From: Myxococcota bacterium
Lineage (GTDB): Bacteria > Myxococcota_A > UBA796 > UBA2385
Assembly: GCA_044344255.1 (NCBI GenBank)
Contig: JBIJDH010000004.1
Span: forward strand, 96,001 to 160,000
DNA: 64,000 nt
Direction: 5' to 3'
The number at the start of each line of letters is the position of its first letter. Positions within the stretch are counted from its first letter, which is position 1. The notes under the pieces were generated by a model, which was not told where the DNA came from, did not search any database, and saw nothing but the letters and a program-made list of their open reading frames with translations. The position numbers and the translations under genes were made by a program. Shown one piece after another: positions 48,504-58,000 of the stretch.

Positions 48504-49609
48504 CAGGGCAAACGCATCTTGACGGGGCAAGAGGGTAGCATGGGTTGATCTCTTACCGCCAGGCATCTGCCGCGGCCTCGGCGGTCGCCATGGCGATGCG
48601 GCTGGAGCACTTCGGCAATCTGCCAGACCCCGGAGTGGACCGCACCAAGCGACACCCCCTCCGAGACATCATCGCCCTCACCATCCTGGCTGTGATCGGC
48701 GGCGCAGAGAACTTCGTTGAGGTCGTGGAATTCGGCCGAGCGAAGGTGGCTTGGTTCCGAACCTTTCTGGAGCTGCCCCGCGGGATTCCGTCTCACGACA
48801 AGCTGTGGCGCGTGTTCGCCCGCCTGGACCCGAAGGCGTTTCAAGAGCGGTTCATGGCCTGGGTCGGGTCGATCCGGGAGCAGATCGGCGGCGACGTCAT
48901 CTCCATCGATGGCAAGAGCGTGCGCCGCAGCGTCGATGGGGCGCGCGGCCTGGGGCCCATCCATCTGGTTGGTGCCTGGGCCGGTTGCAGCCGCTTGATG
49001 CTGGGACAGGTCAAGACCAGCGAGAAGTGGAACGAGATTACGGCCATCCCCGAGCTGCTCGAGCTCGGTGGCTGCATCGTGACCATCGACGCCATGGGCT
49101 GCCAGAAGGCCATCGCGGCCAAGATCGTCGAGCGAGGTGACGACTATGTGCTGCAGCTCAAGGACAACCATCCGACCCTGGCCGGCCTCGTCGTGGACTT
49201 CTTCGAAGATGGCGTCAACTCCTACTTCGCGGGAATGAGGTCGGACTTCCATGAGGAGGTCACCCAAGAGCACGACCGGGACGAAGTTCGGCGGACCTGG
49301 ACCTCGCGGGACCTTGAGTGGCTGCCAGAGTCCGAAGAGTGGGTCGGGATGACGAGCCTCATCTGAGTCGAGGCCCGTCGCCAGGTGCTCGGGAAGCAAG
49401 AGTCGGTCCACCGGCGCGACACCATCAGCAGCCTGTCGAGTCCTCCGGCACACAGGCCGCTCACATTGTCCGCAGCCATTGGGGCATCGAAAACCAAATG
49501 CACTGGGTCCTCGACGTTGCCTTACACGAAGCCGACGCCAGGGTCCGCCTGGGTCACTCCGCCGAGAATTTCGCCACCATAAATGGGACGTTTAGATGCG
49601 ATTGCCCTG
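48504..49609 (+). mobile_element. Degenerate ISAs1-family insertion sequence
   Basis: Terminal inverted repeats CAGGGCAAACGCATCT (48504) and AGATGCGATTGCCCTG (ending 49609), 15/16 identical. Contains transposase remnants. No target duplication visible. Confidence 0.9.
48590..49582 (+). pseudogene. ISAs1 transposase pseudogene
   Basis: HPLRDII, GIPSHD, ISIDGKSVR, NEITAIPELL, IVTIDAMGCQKAIA, DYVLQLKDN. In-frame TGA at 49364; the RSHWGIENQMHWVLDV motif is in another frame; C-terminus truncated. Confidence 0.9.
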
Positions 49610-49763
49610 GATGTGTCAGGGGCCGACGGGTGTGCGCGTGCGGGTCGGCTCGTCCACCGTGGGTCGGTACATGTTGAACCTCTGTTTTCGTTTTGTGGGC
49701 TGATCCAACGCACAAATATCACCAATCGGCGGGCTCCGTTTGGCGGGTGCCATCCGCGACGGC

Positions 49764-51374
49764 TCAGCGGGTGATCGTCGCCACGTCGGCCCAGACGGTG
49801 ACCGCTCCGGTCACGTCGAGCTGGAGCCGGAGCGGCCCTGCGTCGGCGGTGGCGCGGAGGGTGAGCGCCTCGAGGGAGGCGCGGCGGGCCGCGTAGGTGC
49901 CGGCGCGGGCGGCCTGGAGGTCCGCGAGGGTGACCGGCGCCTCCGCGAGGGTGCCGGACGCCCCCAGGAGGCGGAGGGTGGCGACGGTGACCCCCTCGTC
50001 GGTGGTGCCCGCTCCTTCGGCGCCCTCGGCCCCACCCCAGAGGCTCACCTCGAGGGCGGCGCCGGACGGCTGGGCGGGCAATGGCAGGTCGAGCAGGGTG
50101 CCCGGACCGTCGGTGGGGCCGGCCAGGCGGAGGCTGTCGCCCGAGGCGCGTTCGGTGCGGGGGTCGGCGGAGACGATGACGCCGACGGTGCTGGTCGAGG
50201 TGGGGTCCTCCGCCTCGATGTGCGTGATGTCGGCGCCCTCTGCGAAGCGCACCGCGGCCCAGATCACGGGGGTGAGGGGGCTGTGGGTGACCTGACCGTG
50301 GATGGGCAGAGGGTGGTTGAGGTCCCACTCGGCGTGGCGGAGGCCGGAGGCGGCGAGGGCGTCGCGCAGCGGCGCGTTGGGGATCGGCCCCGAGAGCGGG
50401 TCTGGAGTGTTCCAGACCTGAAAGGTGGGGATCGCCCAGGCTCCTGCGGAGAGGGCGAGCGAGAGGCTCAGCGCCTCGTATCGATCGAACCAGGGGGAGG
50501 CGGCGCCCGTGGCCTCCTCGTGGGGCGATCCGCCGAGCACGTGGTCGAGGCGCCGCTTGCGGGTCTCGAGATCTTGATCGATGTAGTCCGGCTCTTCATA
50601 GTAGCGGACGAGGTCGCCCGATCCGCTGTCGAAGGTGAGGCTGTCGATGCCCTCGACGCGGCGGGCAAACCAGACCGCCCCTTGGGCGCCCAGGCTGGTG
50701 CCGATGAGGTGCAGCGCCGCTTCGTCTACGCCCCAGGTGGTCTGCTGGTGGCGGACGTGGTCGAAGGCGAGGTCGGCGAGCGCGAAGCCCATGTGGAGGG
50801 GATCGACGGGGTCCGGCGCGCCGAGGCCGACCCAGGCGTCGCAGGCCGCGTTCTCCGGGACGACGATCAGGGCTCCGCGCTCGGCGAAGAGGCGGGCGAC
50901 GTCGGAGGAGAGCAGGAATTCCACCGCGGCGTCCCGGCCGTAAGCGGTGCCGCAGGTGTCGTCGGCGCCAGTAGGGTCGGCCTCGCTGTCGACGTCCATG
51001 CAGCCGCCGTGGAGCATCATCACGAGGGGATGGGAGACGCCCGGGTCGGCCTGCACCGGCGCCGCGACCAGGAAGTGCGCAGGCTGACCATCCGGGCTCC
51101 GGAGGGCGGGGATGTAGTCCGGGCCTACCTCATAGCGGGTGACGGCGTAGCCGAGCTCGGCGAACTCGGCGTCTTCGATCCGGGAGGGGAGCAGACCGAC
51201 TCCAGCCTCGCCGCCGAGCGCGCCGCTGTCGGGGGCGCCGGCAGAGTCCTCCTGCCCCGGCGTCCAACGCTCCGGCGCGCAGGCCGCGAGGCCGATCAGG
51301 AGCGACGTCGCCCATTTTCGGGCGAGGAGGGCGTGATCGCCGGAGATCCGCGCGCGCACGGCGAGAGGAGGCAT
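49764..51374 (-). CDS. Alpha/beta-hydrolase-fold lipoprotein
   Basis: 536 aa. Lipobox GLAAC, LVMMLHGG, nucleophile elbow GTSLG, C-terminal beta-sandwich. Confidence 0.72.
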   Translation of the reverse strand: MPPLAVRARISGDHALLARKWATSLLIGLAACAPERWTPGQEDSAGAPDSGALGGEAGVGLLPSRIEDAEFAELGYAVTRYEVGPDYIPALRSPDGQPAHFLVAAPVQADPGVSHPLVMMLHGGCMDVDSEADPTGADDTCGTAYGRDAAVEFLLSSDVARLFAERGALIVVPENAACDAWVGLGAPDPVDPLHMGFALADLAFDHVRHQQTTWGVDEAALHLIGTSLGAQGAVWFARRVEGIDSLTFDSGSGDLVRYYEEPDYIDQDLETRKRRLDHVLGGSPHEEATGAASPWFDRYEALSLSLALSAGAWAIPTFQVWNTPDPLSGPIPNAPLRDALAASGLRHAEWDLNHPLPIHGQVTHSPLTPVIWAAVRFAEGADITHIEAEDPTSTSTVGVIVSADPRTERASGDSLRLAGPTDGPGTLLDLPLPAQPSGAALEVSLWGGAEGAEGAGTTDEGVTVATLRLLGASGTLAEAPVTLADLQAARAGTYAARRASLEALTLRATADAGPLRLQLDVTGAVTVWADVATITR

Positions 51375-51461
51375 CTGCAGACTGTAGCGCGGCGCCCCAG
51401 CGAGCCCCTGTCAAGCGGCTGTGTGGCCTGCGTCGTGATAGGCTGATGCTGGGAAAGCGGT

Positions 51462-53666
51462 ATGAGGACCAACGCTCTATCCATCCAACCCCCCGGCATT
51501 CCGCTCTACCGCCGCTGGCGGAGCGGCGCGCTCGGCGTGTTCGGCGCGTTCGGCGCGCTTGGCGCGTTCGGCGTGGGCTGTGCGGAGGGCGGGGGCCGCG
51601 GGCCGGCGGGGGCCGCGCTGGGCCGCCTCCTCGACACCGCGGTCATCGTGGCTCCGCTCCCCGAGACGGACAGCCCCTCCGACGAGGCCCCGGGTGTCCT
51701 CCGCGTCGAGGCGGGTCGTGTCGAGCTCCTCGCCGATGGGCGAGACGAGACCTCGCTCACCCTCACCCTCACCGACGCCGCGGGCGCGCCGGTGTCCGAC
51801 GGGACGGCCTTCGTGTTGGAGAGCTCGCTCGGCCGGGTCGAGCTGCTGGAGGGTGTGAGGGGAGGGGTGGCAGAGGCCCGCTTCCGTGCGGGCACCTGGC
51901 CCGGTGAGGCCGCCCTCTCCGCGGCGGGCTGGACGGTGGAGGGTGACCGCTCCCTCTCGCTGGAGCCCGGCGCGCCGCGCAGCGTCCAGCTCCACCTTCA
52001 CGGCAGCCTCTCGGAGGGCGCGGGCACGATGTCGGGATCGATCACCTCCGCCGAGGTGAACCGGATCGACGTCCTCTGGTGGACCGACCACGACTTCCAG
52101 TACTACCCCGAGCGGCTGATGGAGCTCACGGGCTTCGACTTCGAGACCGGCACCCTTCAATCGACGGTCCCATCCTGGCCCTCCACGACCGTGCGGGACG
52201 TCCGATGGGTGGAGCTGGCCGACACCTTCCCCTTGTCTGCGAGCGAAGTGCGGGCCTCGTCCGCTCGTTCGGGGGCGTTTGGGTGGCACCTCGAGGGTAC
52301 AGGGGCTGACGCCGGAGACTGGCAGCAGCAGAGCTTCACGCTCTCCGTCGAGCCCCGGCTGAACTTCAAGGCGCTGCTCGCCGGGATTGACCTTGGCTTC
52401 TGGGTGCGCCCCCTCGTGGATGACGCAGGGGCCGAGCTCTTCATCACCATCCCGCTGAGCGCCCGCGACGCAGGGGACGACAGCCTGCCCGAGTCCTATC
52501 GGGCGATACACTTCTTTCGATCGGCAGAGGATTATTCGAGCCTCTCTGACGAGACGAACCACTATGTGCGGATCCCCGGCGCGGTGGGCGAGTGGACCGA
52601 GGTGACCGCTGACCTCTCCGCCCTCGCCGAGCGATTCTCCCCCGACCTCGGCCTCGACCAGCACGCCGAGCTCCTGATCGTGACGGTGCGGGCCCAAGAG
52701 GGCGCCACAGCCTCCTTCGATCTCGACGACCTCCGGTGGGGGCAGGCCCTCGTAGGAGAGGCCCTCCGATCCGAGCAGCGGGCCTTCCTCGACGAGCAGC
52801 CCACCGACGTCGTCCAGCTCGTGGGCGCCGAGCTGACGCTCTTGCCCGAGGGGCACCTCAACGCCTTCGGCGCAGACGTGCCCTTCCTCCCCTACGCCGA
52901 TCGGGACGACCTCAGCGCGGCGGACGCGGTGGAGCTCGTCCACGCCAGCGGGGGCCTCACGTCGTTCAATCACATTTTCGGCGTCACGGGCTCGCTCGTC
53001 GAGGAGGCCGAGCGGGCCGTGGCCGTGGACGAGACGATCACCGCCCTCGTCGAGAGCGCGGTCTGGGGCTGTGATCTCCTCGAGGTGGGCTATCGCCAGC
53101 GCGGCGGTGAGCTCGACGACTTCCTCGCCGTCTGGGACGCCCTCTCCGCCGCCGGGGTCTTCGTGACCGGTGAGGGCGCCAGCGACGCCCACGACGACGT
53201 CGGCTGGTCGATCATGCAGAACCGCTTCGTGACCTGGGTCCCGGCGGGCGAGCCCTCCGAGGCCGAGCTCCTGTGGAACCTGCGGCGCGGCGCCGCCTGG
53301 TTTGGTGACCCCGTCGCCTTCGAGGGCGGCCATGTGGCGGTGTCGCTCTCCGCGCCGGCGCTCCGCGCCACGATGGGGCAGGTGGTGGTGGGGGCCGCCG
53401 GGCCGGTCACCCTGCAGGTCACCGCAGATCCGCTGCGGGCGGGGCAGACCCTGCGCCTCCTCGCCGACGGCCTGGAGGTGGCCCGCTGGCCGGTGGAGGC
53501 GGATGGGGCGCTCACCGTCGAGGCCGAGGTCGATCCGACAGGAGGCCGGGCGGCGAGGGTCGAGCTGCTCAACGCCGCGGGGGCGGGGATCCTGTTCACG
53601 AACCCGATCTATTTCCTCGACAGCGACCCGGGGACGATCCCCGAGGTTCGGAGGCCGAGCCCCTGA
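51462..53666 (+). CDS. Lipoprotein with invasin/Big_1 Ig domain and PHP-type metallohydrolase
   Basis: 734 aa. GVGC lipobox-like, LLADGRDETSLTLTLTDAAGAPVSDGT (Big_1), QLHLHG, WTDHD, GAEL, NHIFG, GASDAH, FTNPIY. Confidence 0.78.
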   Translation: MRTNALSIQPPGIPLYRRWRSGALGVFGAFGALGAFGVGCAEGGGRGPAGAALGRLLDTAVIVAPLPETDSPSDEAPGVLRVEAGRVELLADGRDETSLTLTLTDAAGAPVSDGTAFVLESSLGRVELLEGVRGGVAEARFRAGTWPGEAALSAAGWTVEGDRSLSLEPGAPRSVQLHLHGSLSEGAGTMSGSITSAEVNRIDVLWWTDHDFQYYPERLMELTGFDFETGTLQSTVPSWPSTTVRDVRWVELADTFPLSASEVRASSARSGAFGWHLEGTGADAGDWQQQSFTLSVEPRLNFKALLAGIDLGFWVRPLVDDAGAELFITIPLSARDAGDDSLPESYRAIHFFRSAEDYSSLSDETNHYVRIPGAVGEWTEVTADLSALAERFSPDLGLDQHAELLIVTVRAQEGATASFDLDDLRWGQALVGEALRSEQRAFLDEQPTDVVQLVGAELTLLPEGHLNAFGADVPFLPYADRDDLSAADAVELVHASGGLTSFNHIFGVTGSLVEEAERAVAVDETITALVESAVWGCDLLEVGYRQRGGELDDFLAVWDALSAAGVFVTGEGASDAHDDVGWSIMQNRFVTWVPAGEPSEAELLWNLRRGAAWFGDPVAFEGGHVAVSLSAPALRATMGQVVVGAAGPVTLQVTADPLRAGQTLRLLADGLEVARWPVEADGALTVEAEVDPTGGRAARVELLNAAGAGILFTNPIYFLDSDPGTIPEVRRPSP

Positions 53667-53740
53667 GCCTCACACCCGCGACGGAGGCCCCCGGGCCGCC
53701 CTCGCTTGACGGGCGGCGGCGACCGGGTTCCCCTCGTTGG

Positions 53741-56608
53741 ATGCTGCTGCTCACCCTGTTTGTCTCGCTCGCTCTCCCCCCCGCTTGGGCCGCGCCGCGG
53801 AGCCCCGCCGTCACCGCCACGGCTGCCGCGTCCGCGTCCGCGTCCGCGGTCGCAGTGCTGCCGGGCGGCGAAGGCGGCGCGGACGCGCGCTGGGAGGAGA
53901 CGGTGCAGCGGGTGGTGCCGGCCGTGGTGTCGATCCGCCTCGCCCGGCCGCGGTCGTTTGACACCCAGCCCGCGGCCTCGGCGGTGGCGACCGGCTTCGT
54001 GGTCGATCGGCGCCGAGGCCTCATCCTCACCAACCGCCATGTGGCGGGGCCCGGGCCGATGGTGGCGGAGGCGGTGTTCCAGCACAACGAGGAGGTTCCG
54101 CTCACCCTCGTCTATCGAGACCCCGTGCATGACTTCTCGATCCTGCACTTTGATCCGAAGGCGGTGAAGTACCTCGAGAAGGTGGGTGAGCTCCGCCTCT
54201 TCCCCGAGGGCGCCAAGGTGGGGACCGAGATCCGGGTGCTCGGCAATGACGCGGGGGAGAAGGTCTCGATCCTCCAGGGCACCATCGCCCGGCTCGACCG
54301 TGACGCCCCCGACTATGGGCGGGGCAATTTCAACGACTTCAACACCTTCTACATCCAGGCGGCGTCGAGCACCTCGGGGGGATCCTCCGGCTCGCCGGTG
54401 GTTGACCGCGATGGCCGCGTGGTGGCCCTCAACGCCGGGGGCGCCCGGAAGTCCGCCTCCAGCTACTACCTGCCCCTCGATCGGGTGGTGCGCGCCCTGG
54501 AGCTTGTCCAGGCCGGGCGGGAGGTGCCACGGGGCACGCTGCAGGCGACCTTCACCTTCACGCCCTACGACGAGGCCCGCCGGCTCGGCCTTCCCGAGGG
54601 GGTCGAGGCCCGGCTCCGCGCCGCCTTCCCCGATGGCATCGGGCTCCTCACCGTGGAAGACCTCCTCCCCGGCGGTCCGGCGGACGGGATCCTCCGCCCC
54701 GGTGACCTCGTCCTCCAGGTTCAGGGGGCCCTCATCAACCACCACCTCCCCCTTGAGGAGGCCATCGACAGCCGCGTGGGGGGCTCCCTCCGGATGCGGG
54801 TGGTGCGCGGCGGCCAGGAGCTCGACCTCGACCTGCAGCCCGGTGACCTCCACAAGATCACCCCTGACCGCTACCTCGAGGTGGGCGGGGCCGTGCTGCA
54901 CGCGCTCAGCTACCAGCAGGCGCGCGGCTACGCGATCCCCGTGAAGGGGGTCTACGTCGCCTCCGGTGGCTACATGTTCACCAACGCCGGGGTGTCGGGG
55001 AGCGCGCTGATCACGGAGGTCGATGGGCAGTCCATCTCGACCCTCGACGACATGGAGCGGGCGCTGGCCCGGCACCCGGATGGGGACAGCCTCTCTCTCC
55101 GCGTCGTCGACATCGCCGAGCCCCGCCAGAGCCGGGTGGTGGTGGCGACGATGGATTGGCGCTGGTTCCCGGCCCAGCGCTGTCACTTCGAGGCCGGGGC
55201 TTGGCCCTGTACGCCGATCCAGCCGCCGAGCGCAGGGCCGCTGCTGACGCCGGTCACGACGCAGTTCGTTCGACCGGAGGGCCGCGCGGCTCGGGCGCTC
55301 GCCCCCTCGCTGGCCATGGTGTCCCTCCAGCTCCCCTTCCGCCCCGACGGGGCCTACGCGACCAGCTTCCGCGGCACCGGCGTCGTCGTCGACGCAGAGC
55401 GCGGCTGGCTCCTCGTCGATCGCGACACCGCGCCGATCGGGCTCGGCGACCTGCGCATCACCTTCGCCGGCTCCGTCGAGGTGCCGGGCCGGGTGCGCTG
55501 GCTTCACCCGACCCACAACCTCGCCATCCTCGAGTACGATCCTCGACTCCTCGGGGACACGCCGGTGCGGGCGGTGGAGCTCTCCCAGGGCGAGCCCCAG
55601 CCCGGCGACCCCATCTGGATGGTCGGCCTCACCGGCGACCACGGGGTGGTCAGCCGGGAGACCCGCGTGGCCCGGGTGGATCCGCTCTTCCTCCCGCTGC
55701 CCTACCCCCCCTTCTTTCGCGACACCAACCTCGAGATCATCGAGCCCGAGGACATCACCCGCTCGGCCGGCGGGGTGCTCACCGACAAGCGGGGGAGGGT
55801 CCAGGCGCTCTGGGCCTCCTTCCCCGATCTGAGCGGAGAGCGGCCGAGCAGCACGCTCCGGGGCCTCCCCTCCACCCTGATCGACGAGGCCCTCCGGGCC
55901 CTGGCCGAGGGGCGGGCCGACCGCTGGCCGGTGCTCGGGGTCGAGCTGGGGGTCACGGACATCGCTAACGCCCGTGAGCGCGGCCTCTCCCGGGCGCGGG
56001 CCGAGGCCGTCGAGGCGCATGATCCCGCCCATCGCCGGCTGCTCACGGTGTGGCGCCGCACGGCGGGGAGCCCCGCCGCCCAGGTCTTGCGCGAGGGGGA
56101 CATCCTGCTCAGCGCCGAGGGGCAGCCGGTCACCCGCTTCGAGGCGCTCGACGCGCTGGCCTGGCGGGGGCCGATCCACCTCGTCGTCTTACGCGACGGC
56201 GTCGAGGTGCCTGTCACCCTCGAGCCGAGCCGGGTGGCCGCGCTCGAGGTGCCGCGCTTCATCCTCTGGGGCGGGGCGCTGCTTCAGGATGTGCCCGCCG
56301 CCGCGCGTTCCCAGCGTGGGGTGCCCGGCGACGGCGTCTACGTCTCCTACTCCTGGTACGGGGGGCCGGCCTCCCGGTACCGGCTCCAGCCGACCTCCCG
56401 CATCCGCGAGGTGGACGGGGTGCCCACGCCGAACATCGACGCCTTCCTCGCCGCGGTGCAGGGCCGCGCTGACGGCAGCTCTCTCCGCCTCCTCACGGAA
56501 GACCTCGACGGGAAGGTGCGCGTGCAGAGCCTGAAGCTCGATCTCACCTTCTGGCCGACCACCACGTACGCCAATGGGCCGGCGGGCTGGACGCGCACGA
56601 GCCAGTAG
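53741..56608 (+). CDS. DEG7/Nma111-type HtrA serine protease (active protease, 2 PDZ, degenerate protease, 2 PDZ), secreted
   Basis: 955 aa with signal peptide. Triad motifs TNRHV, DPVHDF, GGSSGSPV; GNDAGEKVSIL, NDFNTFYIQAA. Second domain has VDRDT/HPTHNL. C-terminal KLDLTFWPT. Confidence 0.9.
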   Translation: MLLLTLFVSLALPPAWAAPRSPAVTATAAASASASAVAVLPGGEGGADARWEETVQRVVPAVVSIRLARPRSFDTQPAASAVATGFVVDRRRGLILTNRHVAGPGPMVAEAVFQHNEEVPLTLVYRDPVHDFSILHFDPKAVKYLEKVGELRLFPEGAKVGTEIRVLGNDAGEKVSILQGTIARLDRDAPDYGRGNFNDFNTFYIQAASSTSGGSSGSPVVDRDGRVVALNAGGARKSASSYYLPLDRVVRALELVQAGREVPRGTLQATFTFTPYDEARRLGLPEGVEARLRAAFPDGIGLLTVEDLLPGGPADGILRPGDLVLQVQGALINHHLPLEEAIDSRVGGSLRMRVVRGGQELDLDLQPGDLHKITPDRYLEVGGAVLHALSYQQARGYAIPVKGVYVASGGYMFTNAGVSGSALITEVDGQSISTLDDMERALARHPDGDSLSLRVVDIAEPRQSRVVVATMDWRWFPAQRCHFEAGAWPCTPIQPPSAGPLLTPVTTQFVRPEGRAARALAPSLAMVSLQLPFRPDGAYATSFRGTGVVVDAERGWLLVDRDTAPIGLGDLRITFAGSVEVPGRVRWLHPTHNLAILEYDPRLLGDTPVRAVELSQGEPQPGDPIWMVGLTGDHGVVSRETRVARVDPLFLPLPYPPFFRDTNLEIIEPEDITRSAGGVLTDKRGRVQALWASFPDLSGERPSSTLRGLPSTLIDEALRALAEGRADRWPVLGVELGVTDIANARERGLSRARAEAVEAHDPAHRRLLTVWRRTAGSPAAQVLREGDILLSAEGQPVTRFEALDALAWRGPIHLVVLRDGVEVPVTLEPSRVAALEVPRFILWGGALLQDVPAAARSQRGVPGDGVYVSYSWYGGPASRYRLQPTSRIREVDGVPTPNIDAFLAAVQGRADGSSLRLLTEDLDGKVRVQSLKLDLTFWPTTTYANGPAGWTRTSQ

Positions 56609-56654
56609 GCGCCGACCGCCCGGGCCGGTTAGCCGGCCGCCTCCCGAGGTCGGC

Positions 56655-57074
56655 ATGTCTCCCACAGTCCCCCCCCCGTCCCCACCGAGCGGCCCGGCCG
56701 CCGCCCCGGCGGAGCTCGTGGAGATCGTCCAGACCTTCCGCTTCGAGGCCGCCCACTTCCTCCCCAACGTGCGGCCGGGGCACCGTTGTATGCGGGTGCA
56801 CGGGCACTCGTACCAGATCGACGTCCACCTCACGGGGGCCCTTGACCCCGCGACGGGCTGGGTGGTCGACTTCTACGACATCGAGGCCGCCTTCGGCCCC
56901 GTGATGGAGACCCTCGATCACCACCTGCTGAACGAGGTCCCCGGGCTTGAGAACCCGACCGCAGAGAACATCGCGGTGTGGGTCTACCGGCGCCTGCGGG
57001 CGGGCGGCCTCTCCCTCGTGAGTCAGATCGTGGTCCATGAGACGGGCAGCAGCCGAGCCGTCTACCGCGGCTGA
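56655..57074 (+). CDS. queD: 6-carboxy-5,6,7,8-tetrahydropterin synthase
   Basis: 139 aa. FEAAHFLP, CMRVHGHSY, GWVVDF, LDHHLLN, NPTAENIA, VHET. Confidence 0.94.
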   Translation: MSPTVPPPSPPSGPAAAPAELVEIVQTFRFEAAHFLPNVRPGHRCMRVHGHSYQIDVHLTGALDPATGWVVDFYDIEAAFGPVMETLDHHLLNEVPGLENPTAENIAVWVYRRLRAGGLSLVSQIVVHETGSSRAVYRG

Positions 57075-58000
57075 GCGGGTCGGTCGTCGCTCCTCGGCCG
57101 AGGGCCCGCCGTGCCCTCGGTTGGCCAGCCGCCGTGGAGCCGAGCGAGCGCGCGGTGCACGTCGTCGGGGTCGAAGAAGGCGAGGTAGAGCAGGCCCATC
57201 AGGGCGCTGAAGACACCGACGGGCAGCGTCCAGTAGATGAAGGCGTGGAAGAGGAGGCCGAGCATGAGGAGCGGTCCCCGCAGGCGCCGGACGAAGAGCC
57301 CGAAGGCGAGCGCGAACTCGAGGAGCATCGAGCCCCAGGCCGAGGCCGCCATCAGCGTGTGGAAGCCCGGCCAGCGCGGGTAGTCGGAGCCGAGGTAGAG
57401 CGACATCAGGTAGTGCTCCATCCGCTCGCCCGACAAGTACGCCTCCGAGCACTTCGAGACGGCGCCCCAGAAGTAGATGGCGGCGACGTGCAGGGCGATG
57501 AGGCGGATGCCCCAGGTGCTCCCGCGCTCCAGGGGCGGCGGCGCGCCCTGGGCCTCGGCTCGGCGGAGCGCCCACCAGCGGTCGAGCGAGTAGCTGCCGC
57601 CGCTGGGGGTGAGGCTCAGCAGCACGACGGCGGTGGTGAGCGCGGCGACGTGGTGGTGGGTGTACGCCTCCTGACCGAGGTGGTGGCCGAGGTAATACGT
57701 GAAGATGCAGGCGTTGACCGCCGACCAGGCGGTGGTGAGCCGGCTCCCGACCCCGAACAGCATCAGCGCGCTGGCGACGAAGAAGGACAGGGAGAGGAGC
57801 CAACGCCAGGGCTCGGCGGAGCGCAGGGCCGGCAGGCACCACTCGCCGGCGAAGCGCTCCCAGAGCAGCAGGGCGAGGCCGATCCGCAGGAGGCCGGCGC
57901 TGCGGGTGGAGCCCTCCCGGGCGAGCGAGGCCCGGGCCACCTCGACCGCCCGCGTGAGGCGGCGCGGCGCCGTGGAGCGGGGAGGGGGTGCTCCGCTCAT
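57062..58000 (-). CDS. HTTM-domain (vitamin K-dependent carboxylase-like) membrane protein
   Basis: 312 aa. LLRIGLA, YTHHH, YSLDRW, IYFWGAVSK..YLSG, LEFALA, FHAFI, VGVFS. Confidence 0.85.
   Translation of the reverse strand: MSGAPPPRSTAPRRLTRAVEVARASLAREGSTRSAGLLRIGLALLLWERFAGEWCLPALRSAEPWRWLLSLSFFVASALMLFGVGSRLTTAWSAVNACIFTYYLGHHLGQEAYTHHHVAALTTAVVLLSLTPSGGSYSLDRWWALRRAEAQGAPPPLERGSTWGIRLIALHVAAIYFWGAVSKCSEAYLSGERMEHYLMSLYLGSDYPRWPGFHTLMAASAWGSMLLEFALAFGLFVRRLRGPLLMLGLLFHAFIYWTLPVGVFSALMGLLYLAFFDPDDVHRALARLHGGWPTEGTAGPRPRSDDRPAQPR

Noticed and set aside
48490..49625. Target-site duplication of the ISAs1 element
   Set aside because: The flanks (…GGGAAGGACC and GATGTGTCAG…) do not match.
56655..57074. 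7-deazaguanine DNA-modification (dpd) cluster or preQ1 riboswitch
   Set aside because: No dpdA/tgt-like, queC or queE neighbours; queG elsewhere points to ordinary tRNA queuosine synthesis; the leader lacks preQ1 consensus.
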